DNA of 64,000 nt, taken from an uncultured Chloroflexia bacterium. Its GTDB lineage: Bacteria; Chloroflexota; Limnocylindria; Limnocylindrales; CSP1-4. The DNA lies in the NCBI GenBank assembly GCA_963752475.1, contig CAVVYR010000014.1, forward strand, positions 32,001 through 96,000. Reading direction: 5' to 3'. Of this stretch, positions 9,286 to 18,178 are shown piece by piece. The notes under the pieces are model-generated. The model was not told the DNA's origin and made no database searches. It saw only the letters and a program-made list of their open reading frames with translations. The translations under genes and the position numbers were made by a program. The stretch's first letter is position 1. Every line of letters begins with the position of its first letter.

Positions 9286-11265
9286 TCAGGCCTCGACAGC
9301 GATACCCGCGGGCGCCAGGCCATGGATCTCGATGGCCTCGTCGATCTGCTCCTTGATGCCGGACGTGTCGATGCGAACCTGGCGGCGCAGGTCGCTGACC
9401 GAGCCGTGATCGACGAACTTGCCGTCCGGCAGCCCGATACGCTTGACTGGCGCCCGGGCCGCGGCATCATCCGCGTCGGCCAGGACCTCCAGCACGGCCG
9501 CACCGAAGCCTCCGGGCAGCACGCTCTCCTCGAGCGTGACGAGGAGCCTGGCCTTGCGCGCCTGCTCGAGGACGAGCCCGCGGTCGATGGGGCGTGCGAA
9601 TCGCGCATCGACCACTCCGACCGACCAGCCGGCAGCTTCGAGCTCGTCGGCGGCGGAGAGGCCGCGGTCGATGATGGGCCCGAGCCCGATGATCACGATG
9701 TCCGAGCCTTCTCGGATGACCTCTCCCCGACCGACCTCGATGAGCTCCGGCTCCACGGGATCGAGCCCGAAGCCCGCGTCACGCGGATACTGCAGCGCGA
9801 ACGGGTGCTCCTGGGCGAAGGCCGTCCGCAGCAGGCTCCGCAGCTGTTGTTCGTCACGGGGTGCTGCGACCACCAGGTTCGGCAGCTGGCGCAGGGCGGA
9901 GAGCATGAACACGCCCTGGTGGCTGGTGCCGTCCTCGCCTACGAGCCCGCTGCGGTCGACGCCGATGACCACAGAGGCATCGTTCTGGCAGACGTCGTGA
10001 ACGACCTGGTCGAACGCGCGCTGCATGAACGTGGAGTACAGCGCCACGAACGGTCGCTGCCCCGCAAGCGCCTGGCCGGCGGCCATGGTCATGGCGTGCT
10101 GCTCGGCGATCCCGACGTCGTAGGTGCGATGCGGGAAGCGCTCTTCGAAGGCGGCCACACCGGTGCCCGTGGGCATGCCTGCGGTGATGGCCACGACCCG
10201 CTCGTCCTCCTCGGCGATCCGCACGAGCTCGTCCGACATGACGGCCGTGTAGTTGGGCACCTTGCGCTTCATGCGCTCCTCGGCCGGCGGCGCGGCATCG
10301 CCGTCGGGCGGGTTGGCTCCATTGACGGGCACGGCCACGGCCGATTGGTCTGGCATGGGCGGTAGCGCGGCGCCGTGGAAGCCGACCTTGTCCGCTTCCG
10401 CCGGGCGATAGCCGTAGCCCTTGCGCGTGCGCACGTGGACGATGATCGGCGACTCCTCCTCCTGGAGGGCCTTGCGGATGACCGAATCGAGGGTCACGAG
10501 GTCGTGGCCCGGGACGGGGCCGACGTAGGTCACGCCCAGATCCTCGAAGAGGCGACCGGGCTGGCTCAGGTCCACGACCGCATGGCGCAGACGCCGTGAC
10601 CATTCGAGCAGGAACGAGCCGATGCGCGGGATGCGCGCGATGTCGCTGTCGAAGCGGCGGCGCGAACGGCGCCAATGGCGGGAGAGCTTGATGCGCGAGA
10701 GATACTGGCTGACCGCACCGACCGACGGGCTGATGCTCATCTCGTTGTCGTTGAGCAGGATGAGCATGCGCGTCTTGCGGTGGCCGATGTCGTTGAGGGC
10801 TTCGAGCGAGAGGCCGCTCATGAGCGCAGCGTCCCCGACGACCACGGCGATGTGCTCGTCCCCGCCGCGGGCGTCACGGGCGAGGGCCAGACCCTCCGCG
10901 ATGCTGATGCCGGTGCCGGCGTGGCCGCCGTCCATGACGTCGTGCTCGGACTCGGAGCGCCGCGGGAAGCCGCCCATGCCACCGAGTTGTCGAAGCGTGC
11001 CGAAGTCGGCGAGCCGACCGGTCAGCAGCTTGTGGGCATAGGCCTGGTGGCCGGTATCCCAGACGATGCGGTCCGTGGGGCTCGAGAGGATGCGGTGGAG
11101 CGCGACGGTCAGCTCGACCACGCCGAGCGAGCTGCCGAGATGGCCGCCGGTGGCAGCCACGGTGTCGATGATCTCGCCACGGATCTCCGAGCACAGCGCC
11201 CGAGCCTCCGAGTGGCTGATGTCCTTGAGGTCCTCCGGTCCGCGGAGTTCGTGCAACGCGACCAT
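9286..11265 (-). CDS. dxs: 1-deoxy-D-xylulose-5-phosphate synthase
   Basis: GGHLGSSLGVVELT, WDTGHQAYAHK, GDAA...NDN ThDP motif, DVGIAEQHA, YSTFMQRAFDQ, GLVGEDGTSHQG. Confidence 0.97.
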   Translation of the reverse strand: MVALHELRGPEDLKDISHSEARALCSEIRGEIIDTVAATGGHLGSSLGVVELTVALHRILSSPTDRIVWDTGHQAYAHKLLTGRLADFGTLRQLGGMGGFPRRSESEHDVMDGGHAGTGISIAEGLALARDARGGDEHIAVVVGDAALMSGLSLEALNDIGHRKTRMLILLNDNEMSISPSVGAVSQYLSRIKLSRHWRRSRRRFDSDIARIPRIGSFLLEWSRRLRHAVVDLSQPGRLFEDLGVTYVGPVPGHDLVTLDSVIRKALQEEESPIIVHVRTRKGYGYRPAEADKVGFHGAALPPMPDQSAVAVPVNGANPPDGDAAPPAEERMKRKVPNYTAVMSDELVRIAEEDERVVAITAGMPTGTGVAAFEERFPHRTYDVGIAEQHAMTMAAGQALAGQRPFVALYSTFMQRAFDQVVHDVCQNDASVVIGVDRSGLVGEDGTSHQGVFMLSALRQLPNLVVAAPRDEQQLRSLLRTAFAQEHPFALQYPRDAGFGLDPVEPELIEVGRGEVIREGSDIVIIGLGPIIDRGLSAADELEAAGWSVGVVDARFARPIDRGLVLEQARKARLLVTLEESVLPGGFGAAVLEVLADADDAAARAPVKRIGLPDGKFVDHGSVSDLRRQVRIDTSGIKEQIDEAIEIHGLAPAGIAVEA

Positions 11266-11267
11266 GG

Positions 11268-11567
11268 CTAGATCTCGTCACCGTCTTCGGGGCGCAGGTC
11301 CATCACCTGTGGGGCACCGCCGCCCGCGCCGTCGACGAGGCGCTGCACGCGCAGCTCGGCAGCGTCGAGGAGCGTGCCGCAGTGGTCGTGCAGGGCGGCA
11401 CCACGCTCGTAGAGAGCGATCGACTCCTCCAGCGGCAGCCCGCCCTCCTCGAGCCTGGCGACCACGTCGCGCAGTTCGTCGAGGGCCTTGTCGAAGGTCA
11501 GCGTAGGGATATCTTCTGTGCCGACCGGGTTCACGGCGTCCAGGTCCGGCGTAGGTGTCTTGATCAC
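11268..11567 (-). CDS. xseB: Exodeoxyribonuclease VII small subunit
   Basis: TFDKALDELRDVVARLEEGGLPLEESIALYERG; follows xseA. Confidence 0.93.
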   Translation of the reverse strand: MIKTPTPDLDAVNPVGTEDIPTLTFDKALDELRDVVARLEEGGLPLEESIALYERGAALHDHCGTLLDAAELRVQRLVDGAGGGAPQVMDLRPEDGDEI

Positions 11568-12940
11568 GCCTCCGAGTCTCGCACGGCTTCCACCGAAACG
11601 TCCAACGCACCCGCTGCCAGGCGGACCTCGAGGGCGTCGCCCACGGCAGCCTCGGCGCTGTCGGTCACGATCCGGCCATCGCGCGTGCGCACCAGGGCGT
11701 AACCGCGCTCGAGCGTGGCGAACGGGTTCAACGCCTCGAGTCCGGTGCCGCTGCTGGTGAGCTCTGAGCGTGCGGAAGCGGTGCGCGCGTGCAGCAGGGA
11801 TGGCAGCCGGTCACCGCTACGATCGATGACGGCGCGTCCGGCACTCAACCGGCCGCCCAGGGCTCGGGTAGCCCGGTCCAGCAGCAACCCCAGCGTCTCG
11901 CGCTGCGCCGTCAGGTATGCGCCGGGCCGGAAGGTCTCGAGCGCGCGTCGTTCGGCGGTCAGGGCCGCGCGCGTCGTTCCTACCCGACGCCTGGCGCTGG
12001 TGGCGAGGGCGCCATCGAGTGCCCGCAGTCGCTGATGCTGTGCCGCGCGGTCGGGCACGGCCAGCTCGGCTGCCACCGAGGGCGTGGCCGCACGTCGGTC
12101 GGCCGCGAACTCCGCGAGCGTGACATCGGTCTCGTGACCCACGCCCACGATGATCGGACGCGGATGGGTGGCGATGGCGCGTACCACGGCCTCGTCGTTG
12201 AAGGCCCACAGATCCTCCAGCGATCCGCCACCGCGGGCGACGATGACGACGTCCACGGCGCGGCCGGTGTCCGGGTCGGTCCACCGACCGACTCGGCGGA
12301 GGGCACGCACGATGGTGCGCTCGGCACCCTGGCCCTGGACCTTGCATGCACTCACGACGAGGCGGGCCAGCGGCCAGCGCCGGGCGATGACGCGCCGGAT
12401 GTCGTGGAGGACGGCACCGCTGAGCGAGGTCACCACGCCCACCGTTCGCGGCCACTCGGGCAGCGGGCGCTTGCGCGATCGATCGAACAGGCCCTCAGCC
12501 TGTAGCTGTGCCTTGAGCGCCTCGTAGCGCTGGGCCAGGTCGCCGACACCGGCCGGCTGGAGCGACTCCACGTAGAGCTGGTAGGCGCCCTGCTGCTCGA
12601 AGACATCGATGCGGCCCTGGGCTACGACACGGATGCCCGTGCGTGGCTCGAGCGGGAGCGCCAGGCGTTCATCGCGAAAGACCACGCAGCGCAGCTGCGC
12701 TCGCTCGTCCTTGAGCGTGAAGTAGGCATGGCCGGCCGCGCTGACCGAGACGTTGCCGATCTCGCCCTCGACCCAGACGGGGTTCAGGCGTGGCTGGCGC
12801 CGCAGCGAGTCGCGCACGATGCGATTGACCGCACCCACGGTCAGGACCGTGGGGCCGGCCGGAGTCTCAGGCTCGCGCCGGACCTCCTCGGTCGGTGGTT
12901 CGGGTGGCGGAGGATCGTCCCAGAGGCCGCGCGGCTCCAT
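11564..12940 (-). CDS. xseA: Exodeoxyribonuclease VII large subunit
   Basis: WVEGEI, GHAYFTLKD, ARGGGSLEDLWAFNDE, GVGHETD, RAATPS, TLERGYA. Confidence 0.96.
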   Translation of the reverse strand: MEPRGLWDDPPPPEPPTEEVRREPETPAGPTVLTVGAVNRIVRDSLRRQPRLNPVWVEGEIGNVSVSAAGHAYFTLKDERAQLRCVVFRDERLALPLEPRTGIRVVAQGRIDVFEQQGAYQLYVESLQPAGVGDLAQRYEALKAQLQAEGLFDRSRKRPLPEWPRTVGVVTSLSGAVLHDIRRVIARRWPLARLVVSACKVQGQGAERTIVRALRRVGRWTDPDTGRAVDVVIVARGGGSLEDLWAFNDEAVVRAIATHPRPIIVGVGHETDVTLAEFAADRRAATPSVAAELAVPDRAAQHQRLRALDGALATSARRRVGTTRAALTAERRALETFRPGAYLTAQRETLGLLLDRATRALGGRLSAGRAVIDRSGDRLPSLLHARTASARSELTSSGTGLEALNPFATLERGYALVRTRDGRIVTDSAEAAVGDALEVRLAAGALDVSVEAVRDSEA

Positions 12941-12948
12941 GGATACCG

Positions 12949-13506
12949 CTAGACGCGGGTCTGGTACTCGCCAGTGCGGGTGTCGACCTTGATGGTGTCA
13001 CCCTCGTCGATGAAGATCGGCACCTGCACCACGAGCCCGGACTCGAGCGTGGCCGGCTTCTTGGCGCCCGACTGCGTGTCGCCGGCGAATCCGGGTTCGG
13101 TCTCCACGACCTTGAGCTCGACCGAGATGGGCAGCTCCACCCCGATGGTCTCGCTCTCGTAGGTGGTGCGGTCGACGGTCATGCCCTCGATGAGGTACTG
13201 GACCTTGTCGCCCAGCTGGTCGGCCGTGAGGAAGAACTGCTCGTAGGTCTCGTTCTCCATGAAGTGGTAGTCGGAGCCGTCCTGGTACAGGAATTGGACC
13301 GGCCGCGTGTCGAGGACCGCGCGCGGCCACTTGGCTGTGGCCTGGAACGTCTTCTCCACGGTCGAGCCACGCTTGACGTTCTTCAGCTTGATCCGGACCT
13401 GCGCCGACCCGCGGGCGTTCTTGATGTGGTGATACTCGAGGATCTGCCACAGCTCGTTGTCGAGCTCGATGACGATCCCGCGACGCAGGTCACCGGCTGA
13501 GATCAT
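12949..13506 (-). CDS. efp: Elongation factor P
   Basis: QFLYQDG..YHFM..ETYEQ, TEPGFAGDT, KPATLESG, VPIFI..GD.IKVDTRTGEY; SD-like GGAG upstream. Confidence 0.96.
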   Translation of the reverse strand: MISAGDLRRGIVIELDNELWQILEYHHIKNARGSAQVRIKLKNVKRGSTVEKTFQATAKWPRAVLDTRPVQFLYQDGSDYHFMENETYEQFFLTADQLGDKVQYLIEGMTVDRTTYESETIGVELPISVELKVVETEPGFAGDTQSGAKKPATLESGLVVQVPIFIDEGDTIKVDTRTGEYQTRV

Positions 13507-13556
13507 GTTGGCCTTGCTCTCCCTTGGGCTTGGATGGTGTCGTCAGCAGCCGCTGG

Positions 13557-14870
13557 TCAACAGCTCTCGATGTTCCTGTTGTGCTGGTTCGCGGTCTTGG
13601 CGAACTTGTGGGTGTCGGACCCTGGGCACGCATAGAAGAAGAGGTTGCCGCTCTTGGTCGCCGGGTTCAGCGCGGCTCTCATCGAGGCCACGGTGGGCGT
13701 GGCGATGGGCCAGTCGGGCAAGCCCTTGTTCTGGTACGTCTGGAACGACGTGTACTTGGGATCGACCTCGACGGTGCTGTAGTCGCTGAGGCCCAGCAGG
13801 TCCCAGAAGACGTATTCGTCCCACTGCTTGATCCCGAGGTCCTCGAGGGCCATCGAGTCGGTGGCGTAGACGACCGTGGGGTCGGCCTGCATCAGGCCGT
13901 TGGTCTGACCCTTGTAGACCTTCTTGTCCAGCCGGTTCCAGTAGGCGCCGGCGATCTTGGGCCGGTCCTTGCCGACCTTGGCCTCGCGCTCCACGAAGCT
14001 GGCGATGGTGAGCGCGTCGTAGAAGTCCACGCCCTTGTTCCTGGCCTGGTTCACGAACTGGCCCATGCGCTCCTCCCACGTCTGGAGCATCTGGTGCAGG
14101 AGCTCCTCGGCGGTGATGTCCACAGGCACCTCGTAGGTCGCCGGATAGAGGAAGCCCTCGAGGGTGTTGCCGTCCGGGATCTGCTGCAGGAAGGGGTACT
14201 GCTCGCGCAGCTTCTTCGTGGGGTTGCGCGCGAGCCGCTTGAACTCGTTGGGGTCGATCTCGAGATCGATGTCGTCGCGCTCGACCTCCTGCTGGAGGTA
14301 AGCCACGGTCTGCTCGATCCGTCGGCCGGGACGCATATCGAGGGCGATCATGGGCGTGGGCGGGTCAGGGTCGGCCTCGAGTCGCGCGGCGATACCCGCG
14401 GGTGTGATCTGCGGGGTCATGGTGTACGTGCCGGCCTGGATGAGCTCATCCACGCGGTCACGCACGACGGCGTAGTAGAACGCGGATTCGTCGGCCAGCA
14501 GACCGGCATCGACGAGGTTGGACTGGATCTCCGCCACGGTCTGACCCGGCTCCACGACGAACTCGATCTCCCGGTCGCCGGAGCCGGCGGGCGAGTCGAG
14601 TCGATCGGCGAACTCCGCTGCGAGCAGGTCCTGCGCGATGGGTACGTTGACGATGCCGGGGCTGTCCTCGAAGACGCCCACCACGGCCGGTCCGATCATC
14701 GGTCGAGCGGCGTACCAGCCGCCGACGACGATGAGAGCGAGGGCCACGATCACGAAGATGAGGCCCTTGAAGGCGCCTGCGTTGGCATCCTGTTTGTTGT
14801 CCTGGCGCAGCTCCCAGTTCTCGACGATGCCGACGCGGCCGTTGCCGCCCTGCGGTGCAGGTCCGCTCAT
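13557..14870 (-). CDS. mltG: Endolytic transglycosylase MltG (YceG family)
   Basis: Single N-terminal TM, LEGFLYPATY, IASFVERE (catalytic Glu), MQADPTVVYA, GLPDWPIATP, ALNP. Confidence 0.9.
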   Translation of the reverse strand: MSGPAPQGGNGRVGIVENWELRQDNKQDANAGAFKGLIFVIVALALIVVGGWYAARPMIGPAVVGVFEDSPGIVNVPIAQDLLAAEFADRLDSPAGSGDREIEFVVEPGQTVAEIQSNLVDAGLLADESAFYYAVVRDRVDELIQAGTYTMTPQITPAGIAARLEADPDPPTPMIALDMRPGRRIEQTVAYLQQEVERDDIDLEIDPNEFKRLARNPTKKLREQYPFLQQIPDGNTLEGFLYPATYEVPVDITAEELLHQMLQTWEERMGQFVNQARNKGVDFYDALTIASFVEREAKVGKDRPKIAGAYWNRLDKKVYKGQTNGLMQADPTVVYATDSMALEDLGIKQWDEYVFWDLLGLSDYSTVEVDPKYTSFQTYQNKGLPDWPIATPTVASMRAALNPATKSGNLFFYACPGSDTHKFAKTANQHNRNIESC

Positions 14871-15382
14871 CTGATGACCTCCGATGTGCTTCGTGCGTCG
14901 AGTTCACGCTGAAGGATGTCGGCCGCAGCTTCGCGGTCGATGCGTGCGCGCCAGGCATTGCGGGCCTTGGCAGAGGGGGCGCCGCCGGAACGACCTCGCG
15001 GGGCGCGGCCCATGCGGGACTCGGCCGACAGACTGGTGCGGCGCTCGTCTTGCAGGGTCACCGGCAGACCCACGAGCGGCTCGATCTCGTCGACCCAGGC
15101 GCGGGTGCGCTCGGACTGCTCGCTCTCGCGGCCGTCCGCATGCAGCGGCAGACCGACGACGAGCGCTGCCGCACCGCGCTCACGGCTGATGCGCGCGATG
15201 GACTCGGCGTCCTGTGCAGCAGTACCGCGGCGCAAGGTCAGCAGCGGCTTCACCGTGCTGGTGGAGGTATCGGCGGTGGCGACCCCGATGCGGCGGTCAC
15301 CCAGATCGATGCCCAGGAGCACGGTCACGGGCGCCTCGGCGCGCGGGGGTGCGTGTCGATCGTCATGGGATGCGTTGCTCAC
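14867..15382 (-). CDS. ruvX: Holliday-junction resolvase-like / pre-16S rRNA nuclease RuvX (YqgF)
   Basis: LLGIDLGDRRIGVA, VVGLPL, QDERRTS, IDREAAADILQ. Start at GTG 15382 (GTGA overlap) or 15328. Confidence 0.92.
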   Translation of the reverse strand: MSNASHDDRHAPPRAEAPVTVLLGIDLGDRRIGVATADTSTSTVKPLLTLRRGTAAQDAESIARISRERGAAALVVGLPLHADGRESEQSERTRAWVDEIEPLVGLPVTLQDERRTSLSAESRMGRAPRGRSGGAPSAKARNAWRARIDREAAADILQRELDARSTSEVIR

Positions 15383-16890
15383 TCCGTGGTGGATGCCTCT
15401 TCGACGTCCAGCAAGATGCGTTGGCGATCGTCCGGTAGATCGCCGATGAACCCGGGCCACACGTTCACGGTCGTCGGCCCAAGCTCCTCCAGTATGGCCC
15501 GAGCATCAGAAATCGGCAGACCGGCGATCCGGTCGAGCAGGGCATCGACCTCAACGACCGGCACGATCGTGCCCGAGGCGAGCCCCTCGAAGCGGATGAG
15601 CGCACCGTCGACCGTCCCCTCCCCATGCGTGATCGAGACGCTCTCCGAGAGCAGGCGCGCGGCGGCAGGCACCTGCTCGGCGAGGCGCAGGCGGGTGATC
15701 TCGTCCACGAGCGACTCGTCCACCGTGAGCACCTCCGCCTCGATCGCGCCGGTCAACCGAAACGACTCGCTGGTGCTGCCGACCACCTCGTCGGCGGGTG
15801 GCTCGAGGGTCAGCTGACCAGGTTTCGCGGTCTCGGTGAAGACGCTCTGGCCCTCCGGCGCGTTCGCCGGGTCACGCAGGTGTGCCGCAAGGGCGCCGGT
15901 GAGGCGGTTGCGCAGATCGACCGCCGCGGCGTCATAGTCCGCGGCGGTGACCACCGATCGCTCCTCGAAGCGTCCGCCGCGCGTGGCCTCCGGGTTGCTG
16001 ACGCTGATGCCCTGGCTTTCGAGGGAGGGCACGATGCTGATGGCTTCGGCCGGCACGTTGCCCTCGCTGCCGGGCTGGAGCGCTTCGATCGGCGCGACGA
16101 TCGTGGCGGTCGTACCGTCGGCGCGCGGCAACGTCACCGTCTCGGTCGTTTGGAAGCCGACGCCGGCCGGGGTGGTCACGCGCGTAGCGGCGGCGATCTC
16201 CTGGTCGAACTCCTGCTCGGTCGAGGAGAAGACGACCTCACCGGTGGCGAGGGTCTCGACGGTGCTGGTGCCGCTCGCGGGGTACTCGTCCCCGGCGCTC
16301 AACGGGATGGACAGGCTCGAGGCCGGGATGAGGCCGGCCTCGGCATCGAGCTCGTCGGTCCCGGTCGAGGCCGTGACCTCGACCTGTATCGGACCCACTG
16401 CGGCGAGGCGCGGGGTCAGGGTGATCTCCGCGGTCGGCAGCACCTGGGTCACGACGTAACCGGCGACGACGGCCAGGACCAGCACGGCCACGGTCACGAA
16501 GCGCAGGCGCTGACTGCGCCAGCTCAGGGCTCCCGGCTCGGGCGCGGCCTCGACGCCGGCGCTGACGACCGCCGCCGCATCGTCCGCGGGCGCGGTCGGC
16601 TGCGGTACCTCATCGCCTCGCTCCAACGCGGCCTCGGCCTCGTCGGGGGTGCTGGCCGCGAGGACGCCGGCGGAGGTGGCCAGCGCTCGCACCTGCTCGT
16701 CGGGGCTGGCGACGGCCATGGCCAGGTCGCGCGATGCGGCTTCGCGGGCGAGGAGCTTGAAGTTGATGCGACCGGTGGCGATGCGCGAGCCCGGCGGCAC
16801 GACGAAGACGACGGGCCCTGAATCAGCCTTGCGCAGGCGCGCGACGGCGTCAGTGATCTCGTCCTCGTTGTCGAGGTACCAGGTGGTCAT
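15379..16890 (-). CDS. Membrane-anchored protein with baseplate J/gp47-like extracytoplasmic domain
   Basis: N-terminal ~90-aa globular domain, one TM (FVTVAVLVLAVVAGYVVTQVLP), then ATGEVVF...FQTTETVTL...IEALQPGSEGNVPAEAIS...VSNPEATRGG, which resembles the baseplate-J barrel signature. Confidence 0.7.
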   Translation of the reverse strand: MTTWYLDNEDEITDAVARLRKADSGPVVFVVPPGSRIATGRINFKLLAREAASRDLAMAVASPDEQVRALATSAGVLAASTPDEAEAALERGDEVPQPTAPADDAAAVVSAGVEAAPEPGALSWRSQRLRFVTVAVLVLAVVAGYVVTQVLPTAEITLTPRLAAVGPIQVEVTASTGTDELDAEAGLIPASSLSIPLSAGDEYPASGTSTVETLATGEVVFSSTEQEFDQEIAAATRVTTPAGVGFQTTETVTLPRADGTTATIVAPIEALQPGSEGNVPAEAISIVPSLESQGISVSNPEATRGGRFEERSVVTAADYDAAAVDLRNRLTGALAAHLRDPANAPEGQSVFTETAKPGQLTLEPPADEVVGSTSESFRLTGAIEAEVLTVDESLVDEITRLRLAEQVPAAARLLSESVSITHGEGTVDGALIRFEGLASGTIVPVVEVDALLDRIAGLPISDARAILEELGPTTVNVWPGFIGDLPDDRQRILLDVEEASTTE

Positions 16891-16901
16891 CGGGACCCAG
16901 T

Positions 16902-18164
16902 CTAGATGCGCATGCCCTTCAGCACTCGCGCCAGCGCCGCATCCACTGGCTCCTGCGGCTGGGCTGCCTCGACCGCCTGGTAGGCCAGCGCCATCGGCGT
17001 CACATCCTGCTGGTCGATGAGCTGTCCGGTGTCATCGCGGATCTGGCTGACGGTCTCGGGGCCCATCATCGAGACCTGTGGCCGCCGCGCGAAGGGCAGC
17101 CCCGAGGCGAAGCCGTCGGCCTCTAGTGCGTCCCGGATCTGTGGCAGCGCCGAACCGCCGCCGCACAGCTCGATACGTCCCGGCAGCAGTCCCTCCTGGC
17201 CGAATTCCTCCAGCACCAGCTCGACACCGGCGGCCCAGACCGCGATGTCCTCACCGATGATCTCGCCGACCTCGTCGACCGCCTCGAGGTCCTCGCCCTT
17301 GGCGTGAGCGATCTTGACCGACTCGGCGTCATCGAAGCTGAGGTCGAGCCGGTCGGCCAGCGACTTGGTGAAGGCCCGGCCGCCGAGCGCGAACATGCGC
17401 GTGCCTTCGACCGAGCCCGAGCGCACCAACGCCACGTCGGTGGTGCCGCCGCCGACGTCGATGAAGAGCGCGCCCGACTGGCCGACCTGTTCACCGGCGA
17501 TCGAGCGGGCCACGGCGTACGGCTCGGCCACGATCCTGATGAGGTCGAGGCCCATCCGTTCCACGACCGATTCGAGGGCACCGAGATGGACCAGCGGGGC
17601 GTAGGCGTTGAAGACCGAGATGCGCAGGTGCCGGCCCTGGAAGCCGACCGGGTTCGAGACGCCGTAGCCATCGATGCCGGCCGCGGTCACGCTCGCGTGC
17701 ACGAGACGGACGTCGACGTTGGGCAGGCCGGTCTCCCAGGTGATGGTGCGCTGAGCCTCTGCCGCCGCGTCCGCCTCGATCCCCTCCAGCAGCTGCTCGA
17801 GCTCGGAATGCGTGACCGAGCTTTTCGGGCGCCGTCGTTCCACCGTGCGGGTAGTGGTGAAGCCCTTCACCAGCTCCCCGGCGATGCCGATGACGACCTT
17901 CCCAGCGCTGCGACCCGACATCGCTTGGGCTTCGTCAAGCGCGGACTGGCAATTGCGCACCACGGCCGGGATATCGGCCACGGTGCCCGACTGCATGTGC
18001 GCGAGACCCTGGCGCTGACGGCCCACGCCGGTGACGACCGCACCGTCAGCCTGGTATTCGAAGACGAGGGCCTTGGCGTACTCGGTACCGATGTCGAGGG
18101 CGACGTGCGCCGCCGTCGGCGCACCGCCACTCGAGCGATCGAACAGGCGACGCAACAGGGACAT
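16902..18164 (-). CDS. FtsA-like actin-family ATPase
   Basis: ALDIGTEYAK (phosphate 1), AEPYAVA (connect), FIDVGGGTTD (phosphate 2), GGRAFT, AESVKI, LCGGGSAL (adenosine); FtsA-type 1C insert. Confidence 0.85.
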   Translation of the reverse strand: MSLLRRLFDRSSGGAPTAAHVALDIGTEYAKALVFEYQADGAVVTGVGRQRQGLAHMQSGTVADIPAVVRNCQSALDEAQAMSGRSAGKVVIGIAGELVKGFTTTRTVERRRPKSSVTHSELEQLLEGIEADAAAEAQRTITWETGLPNVDVRLVHASVTAAGIDGYGVSNPVGFQGRHLRISVFNAYAPLVHLGALESVVERMGLDLIRIVAEPYAVARSIAGEQVGQSGALFIDVGGGTTDVALVRSGSVEGTRMFALGGRAFTKSLADRLDLSFDDAESVKIAHAKGEDLEAVDEVGEIIGEDIAVWAAGVELVLEEFGQEGLLPGRIELCGGGSALPQIRDALEADGFASGLPFARRPQVSMMGPETVSQIRDDTGQLIDQQDVTPMALAYQAVEAAQPQEPVDAALARVLKGMRI

Positions 18165-18178
18165 GGCCCGCTCCGTTC

